Source of the DNA: a virus
Taxonomy: Duplodnaviria; Heunggongvirae; Uroviricota; Caudoviricetes
Virus record (IMG/VR): IMGVR_UViG_3300043080_000590
Coordinates: 258,386-322,385 of that record
Reading direction: 5' to 3' (one strand)
Length of the DNA stretch: 64,000 nt
Shown: piece by piece, positions 56,020 to 64,000 of the stretch
How positions within the stretch are numbered: the stretch's first letter is position 1
Layout: each line of letters begins with the position of its first letter
Program-made: the position numbers and the translations under genes
Notes under the pieces: model-generated
The model's database searches: none
What the model saw: the letters and a program-made list of their open reading frames with translations, nothing else
Told to the model about the DNA's origin: nothing

Positions 56020-56502
56020 ATGCAAATAAACAAACAAAATAAAATATGTTTCTTTTGTGATAATTGTTTTAATACTTATTTTATTGATTTGAACGTAAAA
56101 AATCATAATTTAGAATATCCTTATATATTTGTTTCAATGTATTGTACTAATTGTGAATCAGAAGGTAATGTTTTTGAAGTTGATGAAAATATTATTGATA
56201 GTATTGCTTTGCTTAATAAAAAAGGTTATACTACAAGATATTCCTGTGGTGGTCATGAATATGAGGATGATTCAGCAGGATATATTCAATTCGAAAGTAG
56301 TATGAAAAATAAAGAGATATTTACAACATTACCTGAGAGTTGGATATTAGAAGATTTAACAAATAAAAAGGATATTTATAAATCTTACATAATACGACAA
56401 AAAGATAAATTAAGTAAGCATTTTACTAATGAACAATTATTAAAAGTAAATAATGAATTATATGATTGGGTAGTAAGTTTGCCAAATATAAGAAAGGGAT
56501 AA
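56020..56502 (+). CDS. Hypothetical Cys-rich protein
   Basis: 160 aa with CFFCDNC and CTNC motifs. Confidence 0.4.
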   Translation: MQINKQNKICFFCDNCFNTYFIDLNVKNHNLEYPYIFVSMYCTNCESEGNVFEVDENIIDSIALLNKKGYTTRYSCGGHEYEDDSAGYIQFESSMKNKEIFTTLPESWILEDLTNKKDIYKSYIIRQKDKLSKHFTNEQLLKVNNELYDWVVSLPNIRKG

Positions 56503-56504
56503 AA

Positions 56505-56729
56505 ATGAGAGATAAAAATAGATTGTATGACTTTTATGATGAATTAAGAGATATACATATAAAATATTTTCCTGACTTAAGATTTACACAACTTGTTGAG
56601 GTTGTTAATAATTATATAACTAAATATCACTATGTAGATTCTTTTTATGTAGAAGAAAAAGCTTTTATTGGATATTTAAAACAATATACAAAACAAGTGT
56701 TCGGTGATAAATATGAAGAAAGAGAGTAG
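56505..56729 (+). CDS. Hypothetical small protein
   Basis: The ATG follows AAGGGA. Confidence 0.35.
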   Translation: MRDKNRLYDFYDELRDIHIKYFPDLRFTQLVEVVNNYITKYHYVDSFYVEEKAFIGYLKQYTKQVFGDKYEERE

Positions 56730-56752
56730 AAAACTACCCTCTTTCTTTTTAT
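56721..56752 (+). terminator. Convergent terminator hairpin
   Basis: agagagtag(aaaa)ctaccctct followed by TTCTTTTT. Confidence 0.55.
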
Positions 56753-57330
56753 TCTCCTAAAAGTTTATTTATTTCTTCTAATCTTGCAAGTAACTTGTTT
56801 TTTTCTTCGATGAGTTTATCTCTATCAGTTTTATCTTCAATAACTTCAACTTTTACATTTTCATCAGGATTTTCAAGATACTTCTTATAAAGATGCTCAG
56901 AAACATTTATAAGCTCCATCACTGTTCCTTTGTCAATAGAAGAACCCCAATATTTAGCACTACCGCCACTATCAATGTTACCTGAGATAAGAGCTACATC
57001 ATCATCTGTAATATATCCACCACTATCTCTACTTGTAGCGTGGCAAAGTATCTTACCAAACATTGTAATATCTCCACGTTCTTCCCAAGCATCTTCCAAA
57101 AATGTAAGTCTGAGTTTCAACTTATTACAATCAACTTCATCAGTTTTACCATATACGTCAAACATTATGTTCCTGCACCGTTCTACAAATTCTTTAGGAA
57201 TTGACCAACACTTTTTTGAAGCGTTCCATCTTGCACCGCCAATACCTTTAATCTTTTTTACAAAATCTGCATTATATGGTGTGAATATATTAGCCTTTTC
57301 TTCTTCTACTTTAATCATTAAATCTGTCAT
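56749..57330 (-). CDS. Hypothetical protein (193 aa), coiled-coil C-terminus
   Basis: It is driven by the minus-strand conserved promoter at 57382-57410. Confidence 0.45.
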   Translation of the reverse strand: MTDLMIKVEEEKANIFTPYNADFVKKIKGIGGARWNASKKCWSIPKEFVERCRNIMFDVYGKTDEVDCNKLKLRLTFLEDAWEERGDITMFGKILCHATSRDSGGYITDDDVALISGNIDSGGSAKYWGSSIDKGTVMELINVSEHLYKKYLENPDENVKVEVIEDKTDRDKLIEEKNKLLARLEEINKLLGE

Positions 57331-57381
57331 AATTATTATCTCCTTAAAAAAGTTTTAATGTTTTTGTTTTACTGTAAGTAT

Positions 57382-57410
57382 ATTATACCATACTTTTTAT
57401 CATTTGTCAA
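57382..57410 (-). promoter_or_regulatory. Conserved-family promoter on minus strand (TTGACA-17-TGgTATAAT)
   Basis: The reverse complement reads TTGACAAATGATAAAAAGTATGGTATAAT. Confidence 0.7.
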
Positions 57411-57623
57411 GTATTTTTAGTAATTTTGTGATTTAAATAAAAAATATAAGGAGCAATTGAAATGAAAAAATTGGTTGGAAAAGTCTGCTAATATTAGTAT
57501 ATACAAAGCTGTTGGTAATGTAAAAATTATTGTTAATAATTTTATTGAAGATATTTTAACTGCTTTATGATGAAGAATTAATTAATGATAATTATGCGTT
57601 GTATTTATTAGGTGAATTTAAGA

Positions 57624-57655
57624 AAGGGTGGATTTTATTCCACCCTTTTATTTTT
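57624..57655. terminator. Hairpin terminator
   Basis: aagggtgga(ttttatt)ccaccctt followed by a T-run. Confidence 0.55.
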
Positions 57656-58229
57656 AAAGTTTTGTTTCAGTATAACTTGCAAAGTATGGTGCTACCATAT
57701 TTTCATATACCATAAGGTGTTCTTTTTTTAAAGTGTCTGCAAGCCAACTTAAAACGCAATTTTCATCATAAGCTTCTTTTGAAATTGATTTAGAATTGCA
57801 TATATTGTTTTTTAATCTGTTTATTTTTACTCTATTGAGATTGATAAAAGCCATAAAATCTTCAAAGTAGATATATGGACTCATTCCTAACTCATTAAGT
57901 TTTGTGTTACATTCAACTACTCTTTGAATAAGAGAAACAAATATAGAATCCTTACCATAAGTATTTATAATATTTAAAAACGTATTAATAGTTTCAGTAT
58001 CTTCTATAAGATTGTTAATTCTTAAAAATCTAAGACTTCTCCAATATTTAACATCATATTTAGCATATATTTCAAAATGCTCAGGCTTATTACCATAAAT
58101 AGTCAAACAATCCGTTCCCATACTTTTAATGTCTTTTATTTGTTTTTCGTTTAACATAGGTTTAATTGATTCAAACAATTTTAATACCAATAATTTTTCA
58201 TTATTTTCGTTTGTTTTTGATTTTTCCAT
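57654..58229 (-). CDS. Hypothetical protein, paralog A of a tandem pair
   Basis: The start is reassigned to MEKSK after AAGGAGG, because the ORF-track start at 58289 overlaps its own promoter. Confidence 0.5.
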   Translation of the reverse strand: MEKSKTNENNEKLLVLKLFESIKPMLNEKQIKDIKSMGTDCLTIYGNKPEHFEIYAKYDVKYWRSLRFLRINNLIEDTETINTFLNIINTYGKDSIFVSLIQRVVECNTKLNELGMSPYIYFEDFMAFINLNRVKINRLKNNICNSKSISKEAYDENCVLSWLADTLKKEHLMVYENMVAPYFASYTETKL

Positions 58230-58260
58230 TATAAATCCTCCTTTATTGTTTTCTAAGTGT

Positions 58261-58289
58261 ATTATACTATATTTTTTATTATTTGTCAA
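58261..58289 (-). promoter_or_regulatory. Conserved-family promoter on minus strand
   Basis: The reverse complement reads TTGACAAATAATAAAAAATATAGTATAAT. Confidence 0.65.
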
Positions 58290-58305
58290 TATTTTTTTAT
58301 AAAAA

Positions 58306-58328
58306 AGAGTGGATTATATCCACTCTTT
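58306..58328 (-). terminator. Rho-independent terminator (minus strand)
   Basis: The reverse complement reads hairpin agagtgga...tccactct followed by TTTTTT. Confidence 0.6.
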
Positions 58329-58925
58329 AAATACTTCTTTTCATTTCATAACTCGGAAAATATGGTGCTACTATATTTTCATATATCATTAGATGCTCTT
58401 TTTTATGTAACTTGTAAGCCAATTTAAAACGCAATTTTCATCATATAATAACTTTGACGGTGCGTGAGAAGAATTAGAATTTTCTGTCAATCTAATTATA
58501 TCATTCTTGTTTTCTACAAGGAATGAAATTAAATCATCAAAATATATATAGTTGCTTAATCCTAAATAATTAAGTTTTATATTACATTCAACAACTCTTT
58601 TAACAAGACAGACAAATATTGATGTTTCTCCAAATTCCTCTACAAGTTCTAAAAACTTAGTAATACTTGTTGTATCAAAAATATTATTGTTCTTGAAAAA
58701 TCTTACATGATACCAGTACTTAAAATCATAGTTAGAATATATTTTAAAATCTTCTGGTTTTGAACCAAAATCTAATAAACAATCCACTCTTTGATTTTCA
58801 ATATCTTTTATTTGTTTTTTATTTAATATAGGCTTTATAGTTTTAAATAATTTAGTGCTTTTTTTTATTATTTCTTTTGATATGAATATTTCTTTTGATA
58901 CAAAATCATAGTACATTTTAAACAT
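58323..58925 (-). pseudogene. Paralog B of the tandem pair with a frameshift near 58390-58400
   Basis: The ORF ends ...TSYIKKSI at 58389. The next frame encodes HLMIYENIVAPYFPSYEMKRSI, which is homologous to the paralog A C-terminus EHLMVYENMVAPYFASYTETKL. Confidence 0.5.
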
Positions 58926-58949
58926 CCCCTTTTTGAATTTATTGAGTAT

Positions 58950-58978
58950 ATTATACTATATTTTTTATCATTAGTCAA
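58950..58978 (-). promoter_or_regulatory. Conserved-family promoter on minus strand (TTGACT-17-TATAAT)
   Basis: The reverse complement reads TTGACTAATGATAAAAAATATAGTATAAT. Confidence 0.65.
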
Positions 58979-59051
58979 GTATGTTAAAAATTTTTTTTAT
59001 TAAAAAAAATAAATATTTCAATTATATAAGAAAAAAGCGAGGTGAAAAAGA

Positions 59052-59522
59052 ATGAGTAAGTATAGTGGAAAATGTGATTTCTGTGATATGATTGAAATTC
59101 ACGGTATAGACAAAATATTGAATAGCAGAGTTTTTGTTGGTGACGAAGAAGTATTTTTAAAATCAGAAAAAGATTGTATTAAATATTATCCTTATGTTGT
59201 TTCTACTTCTCATACAGATAAAGACGGTGGTACATTTCATTTAACAGATAGGTCTTGGGTAGATATTGAAGAAGAAGGAATGTTGAAAATTTATTTAAAT
59301 ATATTTATTAGATACTTTAATAAATGCCAAAGAAATAATATAGAATATAAGATAGAAGATGCTGTTAAGCAAACATTAAGTAGTGATGAAAAAGCCGTTT
59401 TAGAATTAGCTAATAGAGTAAAAGATAATGGTAAAAAAGCTACTTATGAAGGTGTACATTTAAAATTGTATGATTATTATAGAAATGAGTTGAAAAAGAA
59501 ATTAGAAGAAAGTATTGAATAA
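59052..59522 (+). CDS. Hypothetical protein
   Basis: 156 aa with RBS GAGGTGA. Confidence 0.4.
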   Translation: MSKYSGKCDFCDMIEIHGIDKILNSRVFVGDEEVFLKSEKDCIKYYPYVVSTSHTDKDGGTFHLTDRSWVDIEEEGMLKIYLNIFIRYFNKCQRNNIEYKIEDAVKQTLSSDEKAVLELANRVKDNGKKATYEGVHLKLYDYYRNELKKKLEESIE

Positions 59523-59567
59523 TTATATTAAATTATTTATTAATTAAAAAATATAGGGGGAATAATA

Positions 59568-59849
59568 ATGGAAAATAAAAAGAGTAGTATTTTTACAAAG
59601 ATAGTTCTTTATGTTCTTGTCTTTCTAATTGGCGGTGCTATTGCTTGTGCTTCTACTGTTTATGTATATAGCTCAAAAACTTTTGCTATTGAAGTATTTG
59701 ACGAAGATAATAATTATTTATCCACAATAACAGAAAGATGGAGAAGCTGTCAGATAAAGAATAATTCTATTGTTGCTATTAAATCAGATAATAGTACAGA
59801 AGAAATTGGTTTTGGAGAAGGTAGTGTAATAATAAGACCTATTGAATAA
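59568..59849 (+). CDS. Small membrane-anchored protein
   Basis: 93 aa with RBS GGGGGA and an N-terminal TM helix. Confidence 0.4.
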   Translation: MENKKSSIFTKIVLYVLVFLIGGAIACASTVYVYSSKTFAIEVFDEDNNYLSTITERWRSCQIKNNSIVAIKSDNSTEEIGFGEGSVIIRPIE

Positions 59850-59853
59850 TTTA

Positions 59854-59882
59854 AAGAGAGGATAATTTCCTCTCTTTTTTAT
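59854..59882. terminator. Bidirectional terminator
   Basis: aagagagg(ataattt)cctctctt followed by TTTTTT. Confidence 0.65.
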
Positions 59883-60325
59883 TTTCTTAAATACTCATTG
59901 GCTAATAATAAAAACTCCATAGGGTCAGAAATGATTTTCCTCTTATTATCATTAATTACTTTTACAGATTTATTTTTAGGTAAACTTAAAAAATGATGTA
60001 AACAAACAGTTATATCTTTATTATTAGCTATTTTAAAAAGTAAAGGAATACAATTATCTCCACAATTAGAAATATTAAAAATCATTTTAGGTTTAGAGTA
60101 AATAAGTATTAATGTTTTTACTCCCATAGAAAGATTTATAGGAGAAAATGTACCTAAAATATCGTTTTTTATAATATTATTATCTATAACTTCTGAATTA
60201 TCTATTTCTTTAATCATTCTTTTTACAAAATTATCAGAAAACCATTTATCTTTATAAGAATTATTAAAATATAAATCTGTATTATATATTTCGTCTTTAT
60301 GACTTCCAAAATATATTTTAAGCAT
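59879..60325 (-). CDS. Hypothetical protein (148 aa), divergent partner of the AAA ATPase
   Basis: ORF on the minus strand. Confidence 0.4.
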   Translation of the reverse strand: MLKIYFGSHKDEIYNTDLYFNNSYKDKWFSDNFVKRMIKEIDNSEVIDNNIIKNDILGTFSPINLSMGVKTLILIYSKPKMIFNISNCGDNCIPLLFKIANNKDITVCLHHFLSLPKNKSVKVINDNKRKIISDPMEFLLLANEYLRK

Positions 60326-60419
60326 TTAAAAACACTTCCTTTCTTTTAATAATATTTATTTTAATAAACTTTCTTAATATATATTTATATATAGATTTAA
60401 ATAATTGAGGTGTAAGATA

Positions 60420-61376
60420 ATGAGTGATAAACAAAATTTAGATATATTTAGCTCTCCTAAGAGATTATATGAAAAATTAAATGAGAATGGGTATATATGT
60501 ACGAAAGAGTTAGCTTTAATTGTTTATTTAGCATATAAGTTAGATAGACCTATAAATCTTGCAGGTTTACCTGGTTGTGGTAAAACAGAGATAGCTAAAC
60601 AGGTAGCATTTTTAATGAATGGTACAGACCCCATTAGATTACAATGCTATGATGGACTTAGTGCAGAAGAAGCATTATATTCTTGGAATTATCAAAAACA
60701 ATTATTATATATTGAAGCTAATAAGAATAATCAAGATTGGGAAGCTATGGAGAATGATTTATATTCAGAAAAATTTATTTCTCCACGTCCATTATATAAA
60801 GCAATTACATCTGATAAGAAAGAAGTATTGTTAATTGATGAAATAGATAAAGCCGATGAAGATTTTGAATCTTTTTTATTAGAGTTTCTTGCAGAACAAC
60901 AAATATCAATAGCTGAGAATAAAACAATAAAAGCTAAGAATAAACCATTGGTTTTTATTACTTGTAACGATAAAAGAGAACTTTCAGAGGCATTTAAAAG
61001 AAGATGTTTATTTCTATATATCGATTATCCATCTGTAGAAGAAGAAATAAAAATAGTGTTAGCTCACGTTCCTAATATAAATAATTTATTAGTATCACAG
61101 ATAGTTACGTTTGTAGATAAAATAAGAAATGATAAATTAAAAAAAGCTCCGTCTATTTCAGAAACTATTGACTGGGCAAAAACATTAGTTACTTTAAATG
61201 TAAAAGAATTATCTCCATCTGTTATTAAGCAAACAATGAATGTGTTATTAAAAACTCAATCTGATATTGAAATAGGCAATAGAAAAACTAATCAATATTA
61301 TAAAGAATTACCTAAAGAATCTATTGTTAAGATAGATACAGTAGAAGATGTTAGTGATGATGAATGGAATTTTTAA
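60420..61376 (+). CDS. MoxR/AAA_5-like AAA+ ATPase
   Basis: Walker A LAGLPGCGKTE and Walker B LLIDEIDKAD are present. The ATG start at 60420 follows GAGGTG. The ORF track uses the TTG at 60405. Confidence 0.65.
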   Translation: MSDKQNLDIFSSPKRLYEKLNENGYICTKELALIVYLAYKLDRPINLAGLPGCGKTEIAKQVAFLMNGTDPIRLQCYDGLSAEEALYSWNYQKQLLYIEANKNNQDWEAMENDLYSEKFISPRPLYKAITSDKKEVLLIDEIDKADEDFESFLLEFLAEQQISIAENKTIKAKNKPLVFITCNDKRELSEAFKRRCLFLYIDYPSVEEEIKIVLAHVPNINNLLVSQIVTFVDKIRNDKLKKAPSISETIDWAKTLVTLNVKELSPSVIKQTMNVLLKTQSDIEIGNRKTNQYYKELPKESIVKIDTVEDVSDDEWNF

Positions 61377-61383
61377 AAAACAC

Positions 61384-61411
61384 TTGACAAAATATAAAAG
61401 TGTAGTATAAT
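61384..61411 (+). promoter_or_regulatory. Conserved-family promoter (TTGACA-16-TATAAT)
   Basis: TTGACA at 61384-61389 and TATAAT at 61406-61411. Confidence 0.6.
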
Positions 61412-61470
61412 ATAATTATAAAAAAGTAATAACATGTATTATTTATTTAATAAAAAAGGAGATAATAAAA

Positions 61471-61968
61471 ATGAAAAGATTAGCAGATAATGAAGAAAGT
61501 TCTTGGTTAGGAATAATTGAAGCAAATGAAAATAAAATTATTGATGCAATAGCAGAAGCTTATGCTATAACAATAAGACGTTCAGACCTCAAAGCAACTG
61601 TTAGTATCGATGACGAAGGTAATGTAGAAGTATGGACACAGCCACAAGGTGGAACTTCTTTCAATAGTAGAGAAGATGTAATAGATTTGTGTAATATTGA
61701 AAATGTTAATTATGAACTTGTAATTAGCGATAAAGATTTTAAAGCGGAATTAAAAGATAGTTTGTCAGAAGAAGATTTTGCAGAAATTGAAGAATATGTA
61801 AAAGAAAATGATTGTTCTTATATAGAAGCAGTTGAGGACTACTTTGATGAATATATTGATTTGCTTCACGCATTAGAAGGTGAAGAAATTGAATACGAAG
61901 CAACCGAAGGTGCAAGAGATTATGCTAATGTTAAGTATGATGATATAGTTGCAGAGTGGATGTATTAA
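61471..61968 (+). CDS. Highly acidic hypothetical protein
   Basis: 165 aa with RBS AAAGGAG. Confidence 0.4.
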   Translation: MKRLADNEESSWLGIIEANENKIIDAIAEAYAITIRRSDLKATVSIDDEGNVEVWTQPQGGTSFNSREDVIDLCNIENVNYELVISDKDFKAELKDSLSEEDFAEIEEYVKENDCSYIEAVEDYFDEYIDLLHALEGEEIEYEATEGARDYANVKYDDIVAEWMY

Positions 61969-61983
61969 AAAAAATAAATTTTT

Positions 61984-62013
61984 AAGGGTATGTTTTATAC
62001 ATACCTTTTTTTA
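61984..62013 (+). terminator. Rho-independent terminator
   Basis: aagggtatg(ttttata)catacctt followed by TTTTTT. Confidence 0.65.
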
Positions 62014-62085
62014 TTGCAAAAATTAACAAAAAGTAAGATTCTTAATATTAAATAATAAGATGTTTGTATAAAAGGAAGTGAAGAA

Positions 62086-62394
62086 ATGACAGCTGAAACA
62101 AAACAAGGTATTATTTTTAATAGAATGGAGAAGGAGCTAAATATTTTTAAAAACTCTATATTTTGCAAGAGTAAAAAAACTATTGAAAATAATAATTATG
62201 AATATTTTGTAAAAAAGTGTATAGTTGATTGTTTTGATTTGTTTTCTTTTAATATTAAAATATTAAACAATTTAATGGATAAAGATACACCGTTACAATA
62301 TTTGTACGATACATACCTTGCTGATTGTGAAGTTAATGTTCTTTTTTTCTTTAAAGATTATATCAACAAAACAGGAGAAATTAAAGATGGTTGA
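62086..62394 (+). CDS. Hypothetical protein
   Basis: 102 aa with RBS AAGGAAG. Confidence 0.4.
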   Translation: MTAETKQGIIFNRMEKELNIFKNSIFCKSKKTIENNNYEYFVKKCIVDCFDLFSFNIKILNNLMDKDTPLQYLYDTYLADCEVNVLFFFKDYINKTGEIKDG

Positions 62395-63415
62395 ATTAAT
62401 AAATGGTGATTGCATAAAAAAAATGAAGAATATACCAAGTAAATCAATAGATTTAATTTTATGTGATTTACCTGATATAAAAAATAATAATATTTATAGT
62501 ACGGATAAGACCATTCCACTTAATAAGTTATGGAAGCAATACAACAGAATAATTAAAGATAATGGTGTAATTGTTTTATTCAGTCAAGAACCATATAGTT
62601 CATTATTAAGAATTAGCAACTTAAAAATGTATAAATACGATTTTGTATGGGTGAAAGATACAAAAACTAATTTTATGAATTGTAACTATCAGCCATTAAA
62701 CAACTTAGAATATATATCTGTATTTTCTAAAGCTACAGCTTGTAAATCAGATAATATAATAAAATACAATCCTCAATTCACAATAGAAAATAATTCAAAA
62801 ATATACCCTTACAATACTTTATTTTATGATACTGTTAAACCAAGTAAAAAAATACATCCACAAGAAAAACCAATTGATTTATTAGAATATTTAATAAAAA
62901 CATTTACTGATAAAAACGATTTAGTGTTAGACAACTGTATGGGCAGTGGAAGTACAGGCATTGCTTGTATTAATACTAATAGAAATTTTATAGGAATAGA
63001 AAAGGATAAGAATTATTACATAAAAGCAAGTAATAGAATTGAAGACTATAAAAATAGTATTTTATTAACTCAGGCAGTGAATGTAACAGTTGATTATATT
63101 AACGAAGATTATGAAGAATATGATGAAAATTATGATGAAGAAGAAAACATTGAAGATAGTGTTCAAGATTTTGAAATAAATTGTTTTGAATTACCTAAAC
63201 GTGATATTGAAGATATTTCAGAAGATATTAAAAATGATGAAATACAATTAGGAAATAATTATTTTTTTAGAAAACCTGAGCAATTAGATAAGGTAGAATT
63301 TATTTCTTTTAAAAAACCTTACGATGAGTATTCAGAACCATTTAATTCTGAAAGATTTGAAAATATTTTTGAAAAGGAAAGGTTTTATGAAGAAAAGCCT
63401 TTAGAAAGAAAATAA
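62387..63415 (+). CDS. DNA methyltransferase (N6_N4_Mtase family, beta-class) with atypical DLPD in place of DPPY and an acidic C-terminal tail
   Basis: The SAM motif is LVLDNCMGSGSTGIAC. A DLILCDLPD segment occupies the usual position of DPPY. Confidence 0.55.
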   Translation: MVELINGDCIKKMKNIPSKSIDLILCDLPDIKNNNIYSTDKTIPLNKLWKQYNRIIKDNGVIVLFSQEPYSSLLRISNLKMYKYDFVWVKDTKTNFMNCNYQPLNNLEYISVFSKATACKSDNIIKYNPQFTIENNSKIYPYNTLFYDTVKPSKKIHPQEKPIDLLEYLIKTFTDKNDLVLDNCMGSGSTGIACINTNRNFIGIEKDKNYYIKASNRIEDYKNSILLTQAVNVTVDYINEDYEEYDENYDEEENIEDSVQDFEINCFELPKRDIEDISEDIKNDEIQLGNNYFFRKPEQLDKVEFISFKKPYDEYSEPFNSERFENIFEKERFYEEKPLERK

Positions 63416-63423
63416 TTAGAAGG

Positions 63424-64000
63424 GAAATAAAACATGAAATTATATAACAAAGATTGTTTAGAAGTTTTAAATAGATTAGAAGATAATTCAATAGATTTAT
63501 TGATTACTGACCCCCCCTATCCCGTAACTTCAAGAGGTTCAGCAGGTAATAGTGGTGGTATGATGCAGAAAGATGTAAATAAAAAAGGTAAGGTTTTTCA
63601 ATTTAATGATATTAAATGTGAAGATTATGCACCTGAATTTTTTAGAATATTAAAAGACGGTAGCCATTGTTATGTAATGACTAATCACGTTAATTTAATT
63701 AATATGCTTAATACTTTTACTAATTGTGGTTTTCATTTTATTAAATGCTTAATTTGGAATAAAGGCAATAAGATTATGGGTCAGTATTATATGTCACAAT
63801 TTGAATACATACTCTTTTTTAGAAAAGGCAAAGGCGTAAAAATAAATAATTGTGGTACATCTGATATTTTATCTATTCCTAATAAAAAGAAAAAAGATGA
63901 GAATGGAAAGAACTTGCACGATACAGAAAAACCAGTTGAGCTTATGGAAATATTAGTTGGTAATTCAAGTAAAGAAAATGATACAGTTATTGACCCATTT
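63424..64000 (+). CDS. DNA methyltransferase (N6-adenine/N4-cytosine, DPPY motif), 3'-truncated by window edge
   Basis: The DPPY motif is IDLLITDPPYPV. The ATG follows GAAGGGAAA. The frame is open to the window end. Confidence 0.65.

Noticed and set aside
56930-57358. Plus-strand ORF 56930-57358
   Set aside because: It is antisense to the better-supported minus-strand gene 56749-57330, which has its own conserved promoter.
1-64000. cas genes, integrase or recombinase, tRNA, rRNA and tmRNA
   Set aside because: Only IS200-type tnpA and tnpB were found. No Cas signature proteins, no tyrosine or serine recombinase motifs, and no tRNA-like GC-rich cloverleaf segments were found.

Overview
This is an AT-rich (about 27-28% GC) 64-kb segment of a large tailed-phage genome. 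It could equally be a prophage or phage-plasmid of a low-GC Firmicute, since the composition is Clostridium-like. Gene content runs in this order: (1) the end of a contractile-tail baseplate and tail-fibre module, comprising a LysM plus tail-lysozyme protein, a baseplate-J-like protein of 1279 aa, and giant fibre proteins; (2) a reverse-strand block containing an SF2 helicase interrupted by a LAGLIDADG intein, followed by an amidase endolysin; (3) a cas-less CRISPR array of about 9 identical 30-nt repeats, with a GC-rich candidate structured RNA beside it; (4) a large non-coding control or origin region followed by a replication module made up of an HTH and Zn-finger initiator, a degenerate DnaC-like loader, a DnaB helicase, a primase Zn-finger-only protein and SbcC/Rad50; (5) a cargo island with an HU gene of atypically high GC and an unusual ABC-transporter (NitT/TauT-type), SPFH, PspA-like and SBP-OmpA fusion cluster; (6) many small early-type genes organised as terminator, conserved-promoter and gene cassettes; (7) an IS200/IS605 element (tnpA plus frameshifted tnpB, with a putative omega-RNA) inserted into one member of a paralogous gene pair; (8) a gyrB gene fragmented by four ORF-less group I introns and one mini-intein, next to a Vsr/DUF559-like nuclease gene; (9) RNase H, paralogous reverse-strand genes, a MoxR-like AAA ATPase pair and two tandem DNA methyltransferases, the last of which runs off the window. 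No tRNA, rRNA, cas gene or integrase was recognised.
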